Of a stretch of 64,000 bases of DNA, positions 9,789 to 19,252 are shown piece by piece. Origin of the DNA: Candidatus Pacearchaeota archaeon (lineage in GTDB: Archaea > Nanobdellota > Nanobdellia > Pacearchaeales > GW2011-AR1). The DNA lies in the NCBI GenBank assembly GCA_009694725.1, contig SICV01000003.1, positions 21,381 through 85,380 of the forward strand, given 5' to 3'. Every line of letters starts with the position of its first letter. The first letter of the stretch is position 1. The notes beneath the pieces are model-generated. The model ran no database searches. It had not been told where the DNA came from and was given only the letters and a program-made list of their open reading frames with translations. A program made the translations under genes and the position numbers.

Positions 9789-11726
9789 TTATCTAATCTT
9801 ACTTCCCGGGGGAATATCTTGTTCGGGTTGGAGGATGACCACATGAGAGTCATCATCATTGACCGCCGCGAGGATCATACCGTTACTTTCGATGCCTCTG
9901 AGAGTAACTGGAGCGAGATTGGCCACGAAGAGTGCCTTTTTCCCCTTAAGGTGTTCTGGTTGGTAATGGTTACGAAGACCTGCGACAATGGTACGTGGTG
10001 TGTCTTCCCCGAGATCTACGGTGAGGACATAGAGTTTGTCGGCATTGGGGTGGGGTTTGACGTCTTTAATGAGGCCGACTTTAAGTTCGACTTTTGAGAA
10101 ATCATCGTATGAGATTTTTCCTGCTTGTTTTTCTTCTCGTTTTATCTCGTGAGCAGTTTGTTTGTGAGCCTTGGTATCTGAGGTATTTGAGATTACGTCT
10201 CCCTTTCTGGTATCGCTTATACTCGAGATAGGGGGGTTCTTCATAGTCTTTACTTCTTCTTTCTTGTATGTGCTTGGGGAGATTGTTGTTTTGTTTACCA
10301 TGTCAATCTTCTGGAAGAGGATGGATGCTTTTTTAATCTTGTGGACGGCTAGTGGAGATTCGAGTTGTTTCTTGGTGAGTTCGAAATGGAAGGTGGTTGC
10401 TATTTTTTCTGACGTTGCAGGCATGAACGGAGAAAGGAGGATTGCCGCTGTTTTGATGCCGTCTGCAAGCTGGTAGAGGACTTTGGTGTCTTTTGTTTCC
10501 CAGGGTTTTGCTTTTTGGATGAGTTCATTGAGTGAGTCGATGAAGGCGAAGATGGTTGCAAGTGCTTTGTCCGTTTGGTATGATTCAAACGCTCGGGTTA
10601 CTTGTGCGATTACTTTCTTTGTTTCGAGTGGTTTGACTTTCGTGAGACCATGGGTTTCTGCAAGTGTAGAAACTCTGCTGACTAAGTTCCCCAGTTTATT
10701 GGCGAGTTCACTATTGTTACGGGTAATCAATAGTTCTTCAGAATAGTCTGTGTCTTCAAATACTGAGCATCGTAAGAACGAGTAGCGCACGACATCTGCA
10801 GGGTACTTTTCAAGAAGAGTGAGCGGGTCGATCACATTCCCCAATGATTTTGATATTTTTTCTCCGTCTGTATTGAGATATCCGTGCACCACTAATTTCT
10901 CAGGTAGCTTGTAACCTGCTGACAATAAAAGTGCTGGCCAAATGACAGAATGGAACCAATTTATGCCCTTACCGATTACATGCACTTGTGCTGGCCAATA
11001 TTTCTTCTCTTTTTCTTCTAAACCTGATATGTAATTAATAAGTGCATCTATCCAGACCCATACTTTATACTCAGGGTCATTGGGGAAGTCAATACCCCAT
11101 TGAGCGCCCTTTCGACTAATGCAAATATCGGTCAATCCATCTTTTTTTATTCGCTCCATTACTTCATTTGCTCGCGTTGGTGGAGTCACATAGGTAGGGA
11201 TTATTTTGAGTAATTGCTTCTCATATTTGCTCAACTTAAAGAAATATGCTTCTTCGGTTCTCTTCTCAGGTTCTTTTTTATGTTCTGGACATTTTCCGTC
11301 TATAAGCTCTTTTTCAGTATAGTATGTCTCACACCCTACACAATAGAGTCCTTCGTATGTTCCTTTGTATATGTCTTTTTTCTTTCTTATTTTTTCAAGA
11401 ATCTCTTTTACAACGATTGCATGTTCTTTTGCTGTTGTCCGAATGAATTTGTCTTCACTCACGTTTAATTTAGCACATAACTCTTGAAATGCTGCAGTAT
11501 TCGTGTCGATAAATTTTTTTACTGAAACTCCTTTTTTTTCTGCTGCCTGCACGTTCTTCTGGGCGTTTTCATCAACTCCTGTGGTGAAGTATGTGTCTTT
11601 TTCTTGGAGCCGTTGCCAGCGAGCAATAGTGTCGGTTATGGTCTTTTCAAATGCATGGCCTACATGGGGCTTTGCATTCACGTAATCGATTGCAGTAGTA
11701 ATGTAGAAGGTTTGTTGCTTTGCCAT
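9789..11726 (-). CDS. metG: methionyl-tRNA synthetase with C-terminal tRNA-binding (EMAP/Trbp111-like) domain
   Basis: HIGH motif PHVGHAF; KMSKS motif KISKSLGN; C-terminal OB-fold domain (KVELKVGLIKDVKPHPNADKLYVLTVDLG). The ORF extends to 11888, but the start at MAKQQTFYITT (11726) avoids overlap with the divergent L15e gene. Confidence 0.9.
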   Translation of the reverse strand: MAKQQTFYITTAIDYVNAKPHVGHAFEKTITDTIARWQRLQEKDTYFTTGVDENAQKNVQAAEKKGVSVKKFIDTNTAAFQELCAKLNVSEDKFIRTTAKEHAIVVKEILEKIRKKKDIYKGTYEGLYCVGCETYYTEKELIDGKCPEHKKEPEKRTEEAYFFKLSKYEKQLLKIIPTYVTPPTRANEVMERIKKDGLTDICISRKGAQWGIDFPNDPEYKVWVWIDALINYISGLEEKEKKYWPAQVHVIGKGINWFHSVIWPALLLSAGYKLPEKLVVHGYLNTDGEKISKSLGNVIDPLTLLEKYPADVVRYSFLRCSVFEDTDYSEELLITRNNSELANKLGNLVSRVSTLAETHGLTKVKPLETKKVIAQVTRAFESYQTDKALATIFAFIDSLNELIQKAKPWETKDTKVLYQLADGIKTAAILLSPFMPATSEKIATTFHFELTKKQLESPLAVHKIKKASILFQKIDMVNKTTISPSTYKKEEVKTMKNPPISSISDTRKGDVISNTSDTKAHKQTAHEIKREEKQAGKISYDDFSKVELKVGLIKDVKPHPNADKLYVLTVDLGEDTPRTIVAGLRNHYQPEHLKGKKALFVANLAPVTLRGIESNGMILAAVNDDDSHVVILQPEQDIPPGSKIR

Positions 11727-11782
11727 AGCTCCTTCTTGGTTTTCTGTTATAAAAGGGTGTCGGTAAGCTTTAAAAAGCGGTT

Positions 11783-12370
11783 TTGTTAGGGCGATACATG
11801 ACAATTGGCGTGTATCAGTATATTCGAAAGGCTTGGTTGAAACCAGGCCGGGACATGTTACAAAGTCGTATGATTCAGTGGCGTGCAAGTGAAGCAGTGA
11901 CAGAAGTGGAGAAACCTCTTCGTCTTGATCGTGCTCGCGCGTTAGGGTATAAAGCTAAGAAAGGATTCTTTGTGGTTCGTGTTCGTATTCGTCGTGGTGG
12001 AAGACAGCGAACTCGGCATAAGCACGGTAGAAAGTCTCGTAAACAACATGTCATGAAAATTTTGAAGATGAATTATCAATGGGTTGCGGAATTACGTGCT
12101 GCTGCAAAATATGATAATTTAGTTGTTTTGAATTCGTACCTTCTTGCGAAAGATGGAAAACATGGCTTCTATGAAGTGATTATGGTTGACCCGCAGAGGC
12201 CCGAAATTCAAAATGATAAAACGATGAATTGGATTTGTGACCCACAACATGCTTCTCGTGTTCAGCGTGGTTTAACAAGTGCAGGTAAGCAGAGTCGTGG
12301 CCTTCGTGTGAAGGGTCCAAATCGTAAAGTTCGTCCAAGCGTTCGTGCTTGGGAACGTATGGGTAAGTAA
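11783..12370 (+). CDS. rpl15e: ribosomal protein L15e
   Basis: YQYIRKAWLKP, KGFFVVRVRIRRGGRQRTRHKHGRKSRK and RPSVRAWERMGK match the L15e family; the start may be the internal M at 11798. Confidence 0.85.
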   Translation: MLGRYMTIGVYQYIRKAWLKPGRDMLQSRMIQWRASEAVTEVEKPLRLDRARALGYKAKKGFFVVRVRIRRGGRQRTRHKHGRKSRKQHVMKILKMNYQWVAELRAAAKYDNLVVLNSYLLAKDGKHGFYEVIMVDPQRPEIQNDKTMNWICDPQHASRVQRGLTSAGKQSRGLRVKGPNRKVRPSVRAWERMGK

Positions 12371-12380
12371 GGTTTCTTGT

Positions 12381-12587
12381 ATGAACGAGTCTCGTTTAGG
12401 AGTTATTGCATCTGCGTTATTTGAACCTGTGTGGATTGGCCTCTTTAGTGCGAGTGCTATTGGCTATTTACGTATGCCTCAAGAGGATACTCCTTTGTAT
12501 GCAGCGGGGGCGGGCATGCTTGGATTTGGTCTTTCGTTAGCGCGGCATTTTGATCGTGTTGCTGAATGTTTTTACTCTTCTCGATGA
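12381..12587 (+). CDS. small hypothetical membrane protein
   Basis: The ORF track starts at 12345 inside the L15e 3' end; an internal M gives a ~68 aa protein with two hydrophobic segments. Confidence 0.3.
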   Translation: MNESRLGVIASALFEPVWIGLFSASAIGYLRMPQEDTPLYAAGAGMLGFGLSLARHFDRVAECFYSSR

Positions 12588-12653
12588 TATTTATTTAAGC
12601 GCCTTTCCTTTTCCCTTAGTATGGTTACTTTTCCCTTAGATATCTCTTCTTTT

Positions 12654-12965
12654 TTAATATCGTACTGCGACAAATCTTGAATCTACTTTTTCGCAGGCTT
12701 TTGCTAGTTCCCGGGCGGTATTTTCTAATTCTACGGCGTTGAAATAGACTTTCGCTGCTTCATAATCAACTGTTATTCCATCTTCACTTCGTAAAAATGT
12801 TCGCCCGCCCCCCGTTGGAAAGGCGCCCTCTATAGTAATGGTTGCACCAACGACTTGACTGATATTAACTCGGTCAACTGCTTGACCTGTTGCTTGAAAA
12901 TGAGCATCGATAGTTTGTTGTAATGCGCTTGCTCGTTCTCTATTTTCTTGGAAGGGTTGGGACAT
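12654..12965 (-). CDS. hypothetical protein
   Basis: 103 aa; no recognisable motif; clean ORF abutting the topA stop. Confidence 0.45.
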   Translation of the reverse strand: MSQPFQENRERASALQQTIDAHFQATGQAVDRVNISQVVGATITIEGAFPTGGGRTFLRSEDGITVDYEAAKVYFNAVELENTARELAKACEKVDSRFVAVRY

Positions 12966-12989
12966 TATGATTGTTCTTTTACCGCTTTT

Positions 12990-15233
12990 TTAAGCATTAT
13001 TGTCTTCTGGAGCTTGTTTCTTCGCAGCCCATGTGTCTTTCTTGGCTTGTTCAAGGGGGCAGGAAGGGTTGAAACAGAATTCCCAGGGGCGCTTTGCTTT
13101 ACGAATGGCAAGGAGCTTGGGGAAGCCATCTGCTTCGCACTTTTTGCCTGATTGTTTGATGAGGGCGTTGGGAGGGAGGGAATAGGTTTGTTTGCACGTG
13201 GGATAGCCTGAACAGGCGATGAAGGAGCGTTTTGCGGCTCGGTTGTACAAGATGCGCAGATTTCCCCCTTTACAGGTGGGGCAGGACATGAGAGTGTTTG
13301 CTTCCCGTTGTTCGATGCGTAATTTTGTGAGACCTTCGGCGAGTGTTTTACCAATTGCGTCTTCATTTTTTTTGAATTCTCGAGAGATTGTTTCTATTGC
13401 TTCTTTTGCTTGTGCAATACTTTCCTTTTCTTGTACTTCCGGTGTATCTGAGGTTTCAATGCTTTCCATTTTGTCTTCTATCTGGCGAGTGAGTTGCTCG
13501 TCAATGATAATGGGCGCATGGGATTCAAGTGCTTCAATCAGTTTCATCCCGAGTGGAGTGGGCGTGACGCTTTTGCCATCTACGTACCCGCGGTCAAAGA
13601 GAATATCAATAATCATGGATCGAGTTGATTTTGTTCCTAAATTCTTTTTTTCCATGATTGTTACTAAACTGGTAGGGGAATATCTACCAGGAGGGATTGT
13701 TTTCTTTTCTTCGGTTGTTATTTTGTCGATTTTCTGTTTCCCTTCTAGGTTGGGGAGGGTTGATTGGGTCACTTCATAGGGATAGAATGTGGTCCAGCCG
13801 GGATTAATGACTTGTTGGGCGTTGGCGGTGAACTTGCCTGCTGTTGTTTCCAGGGTGATGTTGGTAGTCGCGAGGTCAAGATCAGGGGCGAAACAGGCAA
13901 GAAAGCGCTTGACAATAAGTGTGTAGATTTTTTCTTCCTGATCTGCGAGCGATTTGAATTCTCCTGTCGGATAGATGGAAGGGTGGGCAGGATCTGATTT
14001 TGGTCCTTCAATCGGGTGGGCGCGTGTAGCAAGTTGTGCTTCAGGGAAGCGTTTGCCGAGTTTTTTGATAATATCTTTTGGTTTAATAGCCTCTGGTATT
14101 TTTTGAGAACTGGTGCGCGGATAGGAGATTGCTCCTGCGAGATAGAGTTTTTGGGCGAGTTGGAGGGTTTGTGAGGGTGAGAATTTGTAGACGCGTGAGG
14201 CCTCTCGTTGGAGCGTCGTGAGATCAAAGGGAACGCCCGGCCTCTGTGATTCTTGTTTCTTGGTGGTGGTGGCTATGCCTTCCTTGATTTTTCGGAATGC
14301 ATCCAGTTTTTCCTTTTCAAAGATGTCTGTCGGATGTTTGAGCATGATTTCTCCTACCTGTGCGAATATGTTCCAGTAGGGTTGGGAGATGAATGCAATG
14401 ATTTCTTTTTCACGATCGACTAAGATTTTTAATGCAGGGCCCTGGACACGTCCTGTGGAAAGCAGCTGGAAACTTCCGGTCTTTTTGAGCGCGGACATTA
14501 ATGCACGGCTGAGATTAATCCCATAGAGCCAATCAATAATATGGCGGGCTTCTCCGGCATAGGCATTCTTCCAATTCAGAGTTGGTTCAGGGTGTTGATA
14601 GGCGAGCTCTAATTCGGGTTTGGTGAGTGTGGAATAGTGCATGCGTTGGGCATCAGTTTGATTACAGAGAAATCGAAGGATATTCCAGCCAATGACTTCT
14701 CCCTCGGTATCATAGTCTGTCGCGACCATGAACGAGGATGCTTGAAGGGCTAGGTTTTTGAGGAGTGTGAGATATTTTTTGGTGAAGAATGCGCCTTTTC
14801 CTTCATACGACGGTTTCCATTCAACATTATAGAGGGGCCAGCCTTTTTGTCCTTTCGTATATTCTAAGTTAAAGAGGTGACCAACTGCAGAGGCGACTGT
14901 GATTGTCTTATTATCGCGAGAGAGCTGGTAATAACTTGCACCGTCTTCAGTGTATTTACGTGCGTCTCCTAAGGCATCTGCAATTTTTTCTGCTGCTTGG
15001 GGTTTTTCGGTGATGATGAGCAATTGGTTTGCATCCTTTGTTACTTCTTTCTTCTTTCTCACGAGTTTCTTTTTTACTTTCTTTTCTATCGGATCTGGTT
15101 CGAGGTGATCGGCAGGCATGGGCTTCCCTGGTTGTTCAATCGTGGTGAGTTCAGCGACAGTTGGTTTTCTTTGAACGACTTTCTCAGTGGTAAGTTTTAC
15201 ATTTTTTGGTTCAAGAAAATCTTTGACTGCCAT
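12990..15233 (-). CDS. topA: DNA topoisomerase IA (TopA / topo III type) with C-terminal zinc ribbon
   Basis: 747 aa; Toprim segment LLIITEKPQAAEKIADALG; topo IA core; C-terminal C4 zinc ribbon CPTCKGGNLRILYNRAAKRSFIACSGYPTCK. Confidence 0.9.
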   Translation of the reverse strand: MAVKDFLEPKNVKLTTEKVVQRKPTVAELTTIEQPGKPMPADHLEPDPIEKKVKKKLVRKKKEVTKDANQLLIITEKPQAAEKIADALGDARKYTEDGASYYQLSRDNKTITVASAVGHLFNLEYTKGQKGWPLYNVEWKPSYEGKGAFFTKKYLTLLKNLALQASSFMVATDYDTEGEVIGWNILRFLCNQTDAQRMHYSTLTKPELELAYQHPEPTLNWKNAYAGEARHIIDWLYGINLSRALMSALKKTGSFQLLSTGRVQGPALKILVDREKEIIAFISQPYWNIFAQVGEIMLKHPTDIFEKEKLDAFRKIKEGIATTTKKQESQRPGVPFDLTTLQREASRVYKFSPSQTLQLAQKLYLAGAISYPRTSSQKIPEAIKPKDIIKKLGKRFPEAQLATRAHPIEGPKSDPAHPSIYPTGEFKSLADQEEKIYTLIVKRFLACFAPDLDLATTNITLETTAGKFTANAQQVINPGWTTFYPYEVTQSTLPNLEGKQKIDKITTEEKKTIPPGRYSPTSLVTIMEKKNLGTKSTRSMIIDILFDRGYVDGKSVTPTPLGMKLIEALESHAPIIIDEQLTRQIEDKMESIETSDTPEVQEKESIAQAKEAIETISREFKKNEDAIGKTLAEGLTKLRIEQREANTLMSCPTCKGGNLRILYNRAAKRSFIACSGYPTCKQTYSLPPNALIKQSGKKCEADGFPKLLAIRKAKRPWEFCFNPSCPLEQAKKDTWAAKKQAPEDNNA

Positions 15234-15919
15234 TAGATGAGGAGGATCACTCCTTTCTTTCCCACGTTAATTACCTTTGTTTTACCCATAGTGCTTTCTA
15301 ATCCTGCCCCTTCGTGAATATGTCCATGAAGCAGTATAGTTGGTTTGAATTCTTTGACTGCTTGGGCAATTGCTTTACTACCTGGGAATCCTGAAAATTC
15401 AGAGAGTGAACCTGCCGGATGCATATGCGTAATCATTATTTTTTTCTCGATTCCTTTAAGATCTTTATGTGCTTTGGCGAGTGTTTTTTTAAGATTTGTT
15501 TCAGTTACGAATCCGGGAAAATGAGGAAGATCGCTTGAACCTCCTGCTCCGAAGATACCGATTCCTTCATGTATACAAGAGTAACCATGAAGGTTTGTGG
15601 CATTGTATTGTTTTGCGAGGAGATTTCCCACCATCATATCTTCGTGGTTTCCAGGTATGAGGAGCACTTTCTTTTTGTGGTCAATAAAGGGTTTGATAAT
15701 GTCTTTCGTTTCTATCCAGCCGGTAAGGTCTCCACAGAGGATGACTAGGTCTACGTTTTCCTTTTCTGCTTGCTGAGCTAACTTTTTGACTTGTTTACTA
15801 TCCCCATGAAGGTCTGAAGCTGCTAAAATTTTCATTTTTTTGCTCATTCTTTTTGAGGGAAAGGGTTTTTTAAGTATCTTGTGCTTTCTTCTTTCATGAA
15901 GAGAGGCATTACGTTCCAT
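15233..15919 (-). CDS. metallophosphoesterase (calcineurin-like)
   Basis: DLHGD, GDLTG and GNHED motifs of the calcineurin-like phosphoesterase fold. Confidence 0.8.
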   Translation of the reverse strand: MERNASLHERRKHKILKKPFPSKRMSKKMKILAASDLHGDSKQVKKLAQQAEKENVDLVILCGDLTGWIETKDIIKPFIDHKKKVLLIPGNHEDMMVGNLLAKQYNATNLHGYSCIHEGIGIFGAGGSSDLPHFPGFVTETNLKKTLAKAHKDLKGIEKKIMITHMHPAGSLSEFSGFPGSKAIAQAVKEFKPTILLHGHIHEGAGLESTMGKTKVINVGKKGVILLI

Positions 15920-15934
15920 ATTGGTATAACTGCA

Positions 15935-16453
15935 ATGATCCTTGCAGGCGTCGCTCTAGTATTAACCTATATTTGGCTTGTACCTAGTATTCATCCGTAT
16001 GTTATTAAAGAACAAGAGGGTACGTTGGTTAATCCGGTTTTGGCATTGACAGATGGTCAAGCATTGGCTGATTTTAACAGTGATTATGTTTTCTATTTAC
16101 TGTATTCTGCACAAGCTTATCATTTACATCCTGCGGCATTTAGTCAAGAGCACCCACGAGTATTAATTATCCTTGACGATGTTATGTATCGCGCTGAAGT
16201 ACTTGCAGGTACTATTTTGGTGAGTGAGGGAGCTTATTTCGATGCTGATCTTAGCATTTATTCTACGAAGCAAGAAGTGATTCGTTTATTGCGCAATCCT
16301 TCTCTGCTTTCTGAGTCATTTACTTCTGGAGTAAGTTATATTGAAACCCATGCCTCTCACGCAACGTTATTCAGTAAGGGTTATGCACGTTTGTATGATC
16401 AGTTGTATGATTCATCTATTGCCCGTAATGTTATTCGTATTTTAAGTTCGTAA
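15935..16453 (+). CDS. hypothetical membrane-anchored protein
   Basis: The track ORF 15881..16453 overlaps the divergent phosphoesterase start; internal M followed by a TM (MILAGVALVLTYIWLV). Confidence 0.4.
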   Translation: MILAGVALVLTYIWLVPSIHPYVIKEQEGTLVNPVLALTDGQALADFNSDYVFYLLYSAQAYHLHPAAFSQEHPRVLIILDDVMYRAEVLAGTILVSEGAYFDADLSIYSTKQEVIRLLRNPSLLSESFTSGVSYIETHASHATLFSKGYARLYDQLYDSSIARNVIRILSS

Positions 16454-16590
16454 CTTTCTTTAACAACAGCTTGTCGTGTTTTGAGAGAAGTAGTGTGGAT
16501 TTGTTACTCGCTTAGATAACAAATCTTCAGCAAGGTTTAAAAGAGGATGATAAGGTTGGAATATATAGCTTACAACGCTATCATTACACT

Positions 16591-16857
16591 ATGAAAGAAA
16601 ATTTTGATATCTTTTTCCGCAGAAAACCTGCTTTGATGCTGGTTGCTTTGAAGAAAATCTCCCGTGCTCGATATGGTAGTTTACTTGCAAAAGAAGTTGA
16701 TTGTACATATTCTCATGCAGTTAAGATCTTACAGAGTTTGGAAGAACTTGGTTTGGTCGTATTTGAAAAGAAAGGGCGAACTAAGTTGATTAAACTTACC
16801 AAGCGGGGCATGGAAGTAGCTAATAATATTGAGAATATTAAGCAAACTTTAAGTTAA
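16591..16857 (+). CDS. small winged-helix (MarR/ArsR-like) DNA-binding protein
   Basis: 88 aa; HTH-like segment YGSLLAKEVDCTYSHAVKILQSLEELGLV followed by a wing. Confidence 0.5.
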   Translation: MKENFDIFFRRKPALMLVALKKISRARYGSLLAKEVDCTYSHAVKILQSLEELGLVVFEKKGRTKLIKLTKRGMEVANNIENIKQTLS

Positions 16858-16862
16858 TTTTT

Positions 16863-17150
16863 ATGGATATTTTATTTGATCGTTCAGCACTTTCTTCTAC
16901 CAGTTCTTCATTCTCCGCTCTTCTTGCATGTGAAGAAGCACGTGCTTCTTTTTATGCTTCCTGTCAAGCTACTCAACGGCACTGTTCTACTGTGCGTGTA
17001 GGAATTACCCGTGAAGGGGATTCTTTTGTATTTCGGTTTCAGTACGGGGTGGTTGAGAAAGGAGTATTTGTGCAAGACGGAACAGATGAAGTGCGCTCTG
17101 CTTCTTATTTTCCCCCTCTTCCTTCTTCTCTTGTTGCTCATTTGAGGTAA
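16863..17150 (+). CDS. hypothetical protein
   Basis: 95 aa ORF 5 nt downstream of the wHTH gene; probably in an operon with it. Confidence 0.3.
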   Translation: MDILFDRSALSSTSSSFSALLACEEARASFYASCQATQRHCSTVRVGITREGDSFVFRFQYGVVEKGVFVQDGTDEVRSASYFPPLPSSLVAHLR

Positions 17151-17354
17151 TCTTTTATAATTCGGGTATTCTCTTATTTCATGTCTGATTTAGGTATACT
17201 CTTGGAAGAGATTGCATTTATATCGACCCCTACGAATATCGTTCAGGAAGCGGTGAGACAGTAGGGAGTTGTACATTTACGTAGAACGTATTCTGATTTA
17301 TATTTACTTGCATGAGGAAACGTTACTCGTGCATAACTTATTGCTTGTTCTTGA

Positions 17355-17483
17355 TGACCTCGATGGGATTTGAACCCACGACACCTGGATTGCTCCATTG
17401 CTCACCGCAATGGTGAGCCATTTCAACCTATAAGGTTGTAATGTTAAGAGTCCAGTACTCTGACCGGGCTGAGCTACGAGGCC
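17355..17483 (-). tRNA. tRNA-Lys(CUU) with 54-nt intron at canonical position 37/38
   Basis: Manual fold: acceptor GGCCTCG/CGAGGTC; D-arm GCTC-AGCCCGGTCA-GAGT; anticodon stem CTGGA/TCCAG with loop CTCTTA|intron|A; T-arm GTGGG-TTCAAAT-CCCAT; discriminator A; mature length 75 nt. Confidence 0.8.
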
Positions 17484-17552
17484 TTCTATACCTTTTCTTC
17501 AAAGAAAAGTTCTAGTCTCAAAAGAACTGTGATGCGGTTTAAAAAGATGCTG

Positions 17553-17963
17553 TTATGCTGTTTGAATAGAAGCGCTTGTTGCACGAACTATACTCCTTTC
17601 TAAATCTGCTAGTCCATAAGGTTTTGCAATTAAATGAACATCTAACTTTGGATGATACCCTTGTTCTTCTACAGGGGTCCAGGAATGGTCTGTATCGGTG
17701 AGTTCGAATGGTTTTCCGGAATTAATAACGATAGGCAATGTATATCCTTGTGCTCGTAATTCCGTTACTGCTTGTATTCCTTCTTTTTGAGGCATATTAT
17801 TATCAGTCAGAAGTAGGTTTGGTTGATGACGAACTGCTAATTCTACTAGATTGCCTCCGTGGTTTTTTTCTGCAACTATTGTATATCCTTTTCGAGATAA
17901 GAATGCCCTTTGCATAACTAAGGGGGATTCTTCATCATCGGCAATAACTGCAGTTAAGCTCAT
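17553..17963 (-). CDS. stand-alone CheY-like response-regulator receiver domain protein
   Basis: IADDEE acidic pocket, phospho-acceptor LLLTDNNMP, conserved K near the C-terminus; 136 aa; no output domain. Confidence 0.7.
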   Translation of the reverse strand: MSLTAVIADDEESPLVMQRAFLSRKGYTIVAEKNHGGNLVELAVRHQPNLLLTDNNMPQKEGIQAVTELRAQGYTLPIVINSGKPFELTDTDHSWTPVEEQGYHPKLDVHLIAKPYGLADLERSIVRATSASIQTA

Positions 17964-18038
17964 TGTTGTTGAATTCCCCGAAATCAGTATTTTAAAGCTA
18001 TGTATTTGTCATTACTTTAGAGTACTCTAAATTGAGGT

Positions 18039-18353
18039 TTATCGGTACTTACGCCAGGTATGTTGGCACTTCGGGTTGGTACACTTGTAGAACTTCGTTT
18101 CTGATTCATCTGATGCACGGGTTTGTTGGGTCCAGAAGTAGCATTTTTTTGTTTTACATTTAGGACAAACCATATCTACGATGGGATAGGTGTTTTCATC
18201 ATTCTCATTGATGACTTTGACTGATTCATGTGTGGTTATTTTTTCATATGTTGCAAGCTTTGGTTTCTTATCGGTCTTTGCATTACATCCGGCACACCGG
18301 GCTTGGCCTTCTTTGATGACGATTAAACTCCCGCATTTTTTACAAAATTCCAT
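18039..18353 (-). CDS. tfs: transcription factor S (TFS / RpoM-like)
   Basis: N-terminal zinc ribbon CKKCGS...CAGC; C-terminal TFIIS-type ribbon CPKCKTKKCYFWTQQTRASDE...CTNPKC. Confidence 0.85.
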   Translation of the reverse strand: MEFCKKCGSLIVIKEGQARCAGCNAKTDKKPKLATYEKITTHESVKVINENDENTYPIVDMVCPKCKTKKCYFWTQQTRASDESETKFYKCTNPKCQHTWRKYR

Positions 18354-18519
18354 ATCTTTTATTCAGCGTCTTTTAGTATATAAGGGTTATTGTTTTGTGG
18401 AACAGGGGCTTTGTAGTGCGTGGACTTGGAGCATAGGAGTAGGTATCTCTTGTATGTCTTGAGGAGTGGTTCAGAATGTATACTCTTGTGATGCACTGAA
18501 ATCGTACGGTTGTTTACGG

Positions 18520-19086
18520 TTAACAGAACCCGCGTTCGTTTTCTGGTCTGAGAAGTTCAAAGAAAATGAGTTTAATCCAGCCCAATGCGGGGATTTTGAA
18601 GACTGCTTTTCCTATTTTTTGTTCGGGAGTGATGTCTTTTTCAAAAGAGATCTGCGAGGGGTTGTTATCTCCCTTGGTAGCAAGTGGGTCAGAGGCGATA
18701 ACACGATGAATAATGGGATATTGAGTAGGTGCGGAGAAAATGATGACATCGCCGAGGGTTACTTCTGTAGCTGAGGTGACCAAGATGATGTCCCCTTTGG
18801 TGAAGCCATTGTTGAGCGTGAAAGCAGCGAATTGTTCTTTGGTAATGCCTCTATTTTCATACCAGGCACTATTTGCTCCCCACCAGTTTTCAAAGTCTCC
18901 GATATGATGCATGGAACATGATTCTACGACTACGATGGGAAGTGCTGTGCCGGTGAGCAGGGAGATGAGGGGGAAGAGGACGAATTTGATACCTATAATG
19001 CTGAGTATGCATGAAATGACCCAGGATTGCCAGGTGTCTTCGTTGAGAAAGTGCCAGCCACGCTTTATCTGTTCAGTGAGGGACAT
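18520..19086 (-). CDS. signal peptidase I (archaeal Sec11/S26 type)
   Basis: N-terminal TM then catalytic Ser box VVESCSMHH; 188 aa. Confidence 0.7.
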   Translation of the reverse strand: MSLTEQIKRGWHFLNEDTWQSWVISCILSIIGIKFVLFPLISLLTGTALPIVVVESCSMHHIGDFENWWGANSAWYENRGITKEQFAAFTLNNGFTKGDIILVTSATEVTLGDVIIFSAPTQYPIIHRVIASDPLATKGDNNPSQISFEKDITPEQKIGKAVFKIPALGWIKLIFFELLRPENERGFC

Positions 19087-19178
19087 GGATGCTTTATTGC
19101 TTATTGGTATTTAAACGATCGGTATATTCTTTTGTATCCTCTTTCTTTTTGAGTTGAGGATCACTTTTTTTCAAGAAG

Positions 19179-19252
19179 TGATCCTGCCAAGAGTCGAACT
19201 TGGGACCTCTGCCGTATCAGAGCAGCGCTCTAACCAACTGAGCTACAGGATC
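19179..19252 (-). tRNA. tRNA-Ile(GAU)
   Basis: Manual fold: acceptor GATCCTG/CAGGATC; D-arm GCTC-AGTTGGTTA-GAGC; anticodon stem CTGCT/GGCAG with loop CTGATAC; T-arm CCAAG-TTCGACT-CTTGG; discriminator A; 74 nt. Confidence 0.85.

Noticed and set aside
11727-11888. N-terminal extensions of long ORFs in the six-frame track (metG to 11888; pheS to 60811; cdc48 from 24383; nth from 5671; tRNA-overlapping 62888 start)
   Set aside because: The extensions overlap neighbouring genes or tRNAs and precede well-conserved N-terminal motifs (MAKQQTFYITT for Met[13 protein letters not shown] for CDC48, MKNALIATL for PheS). Internal starts were used instead.
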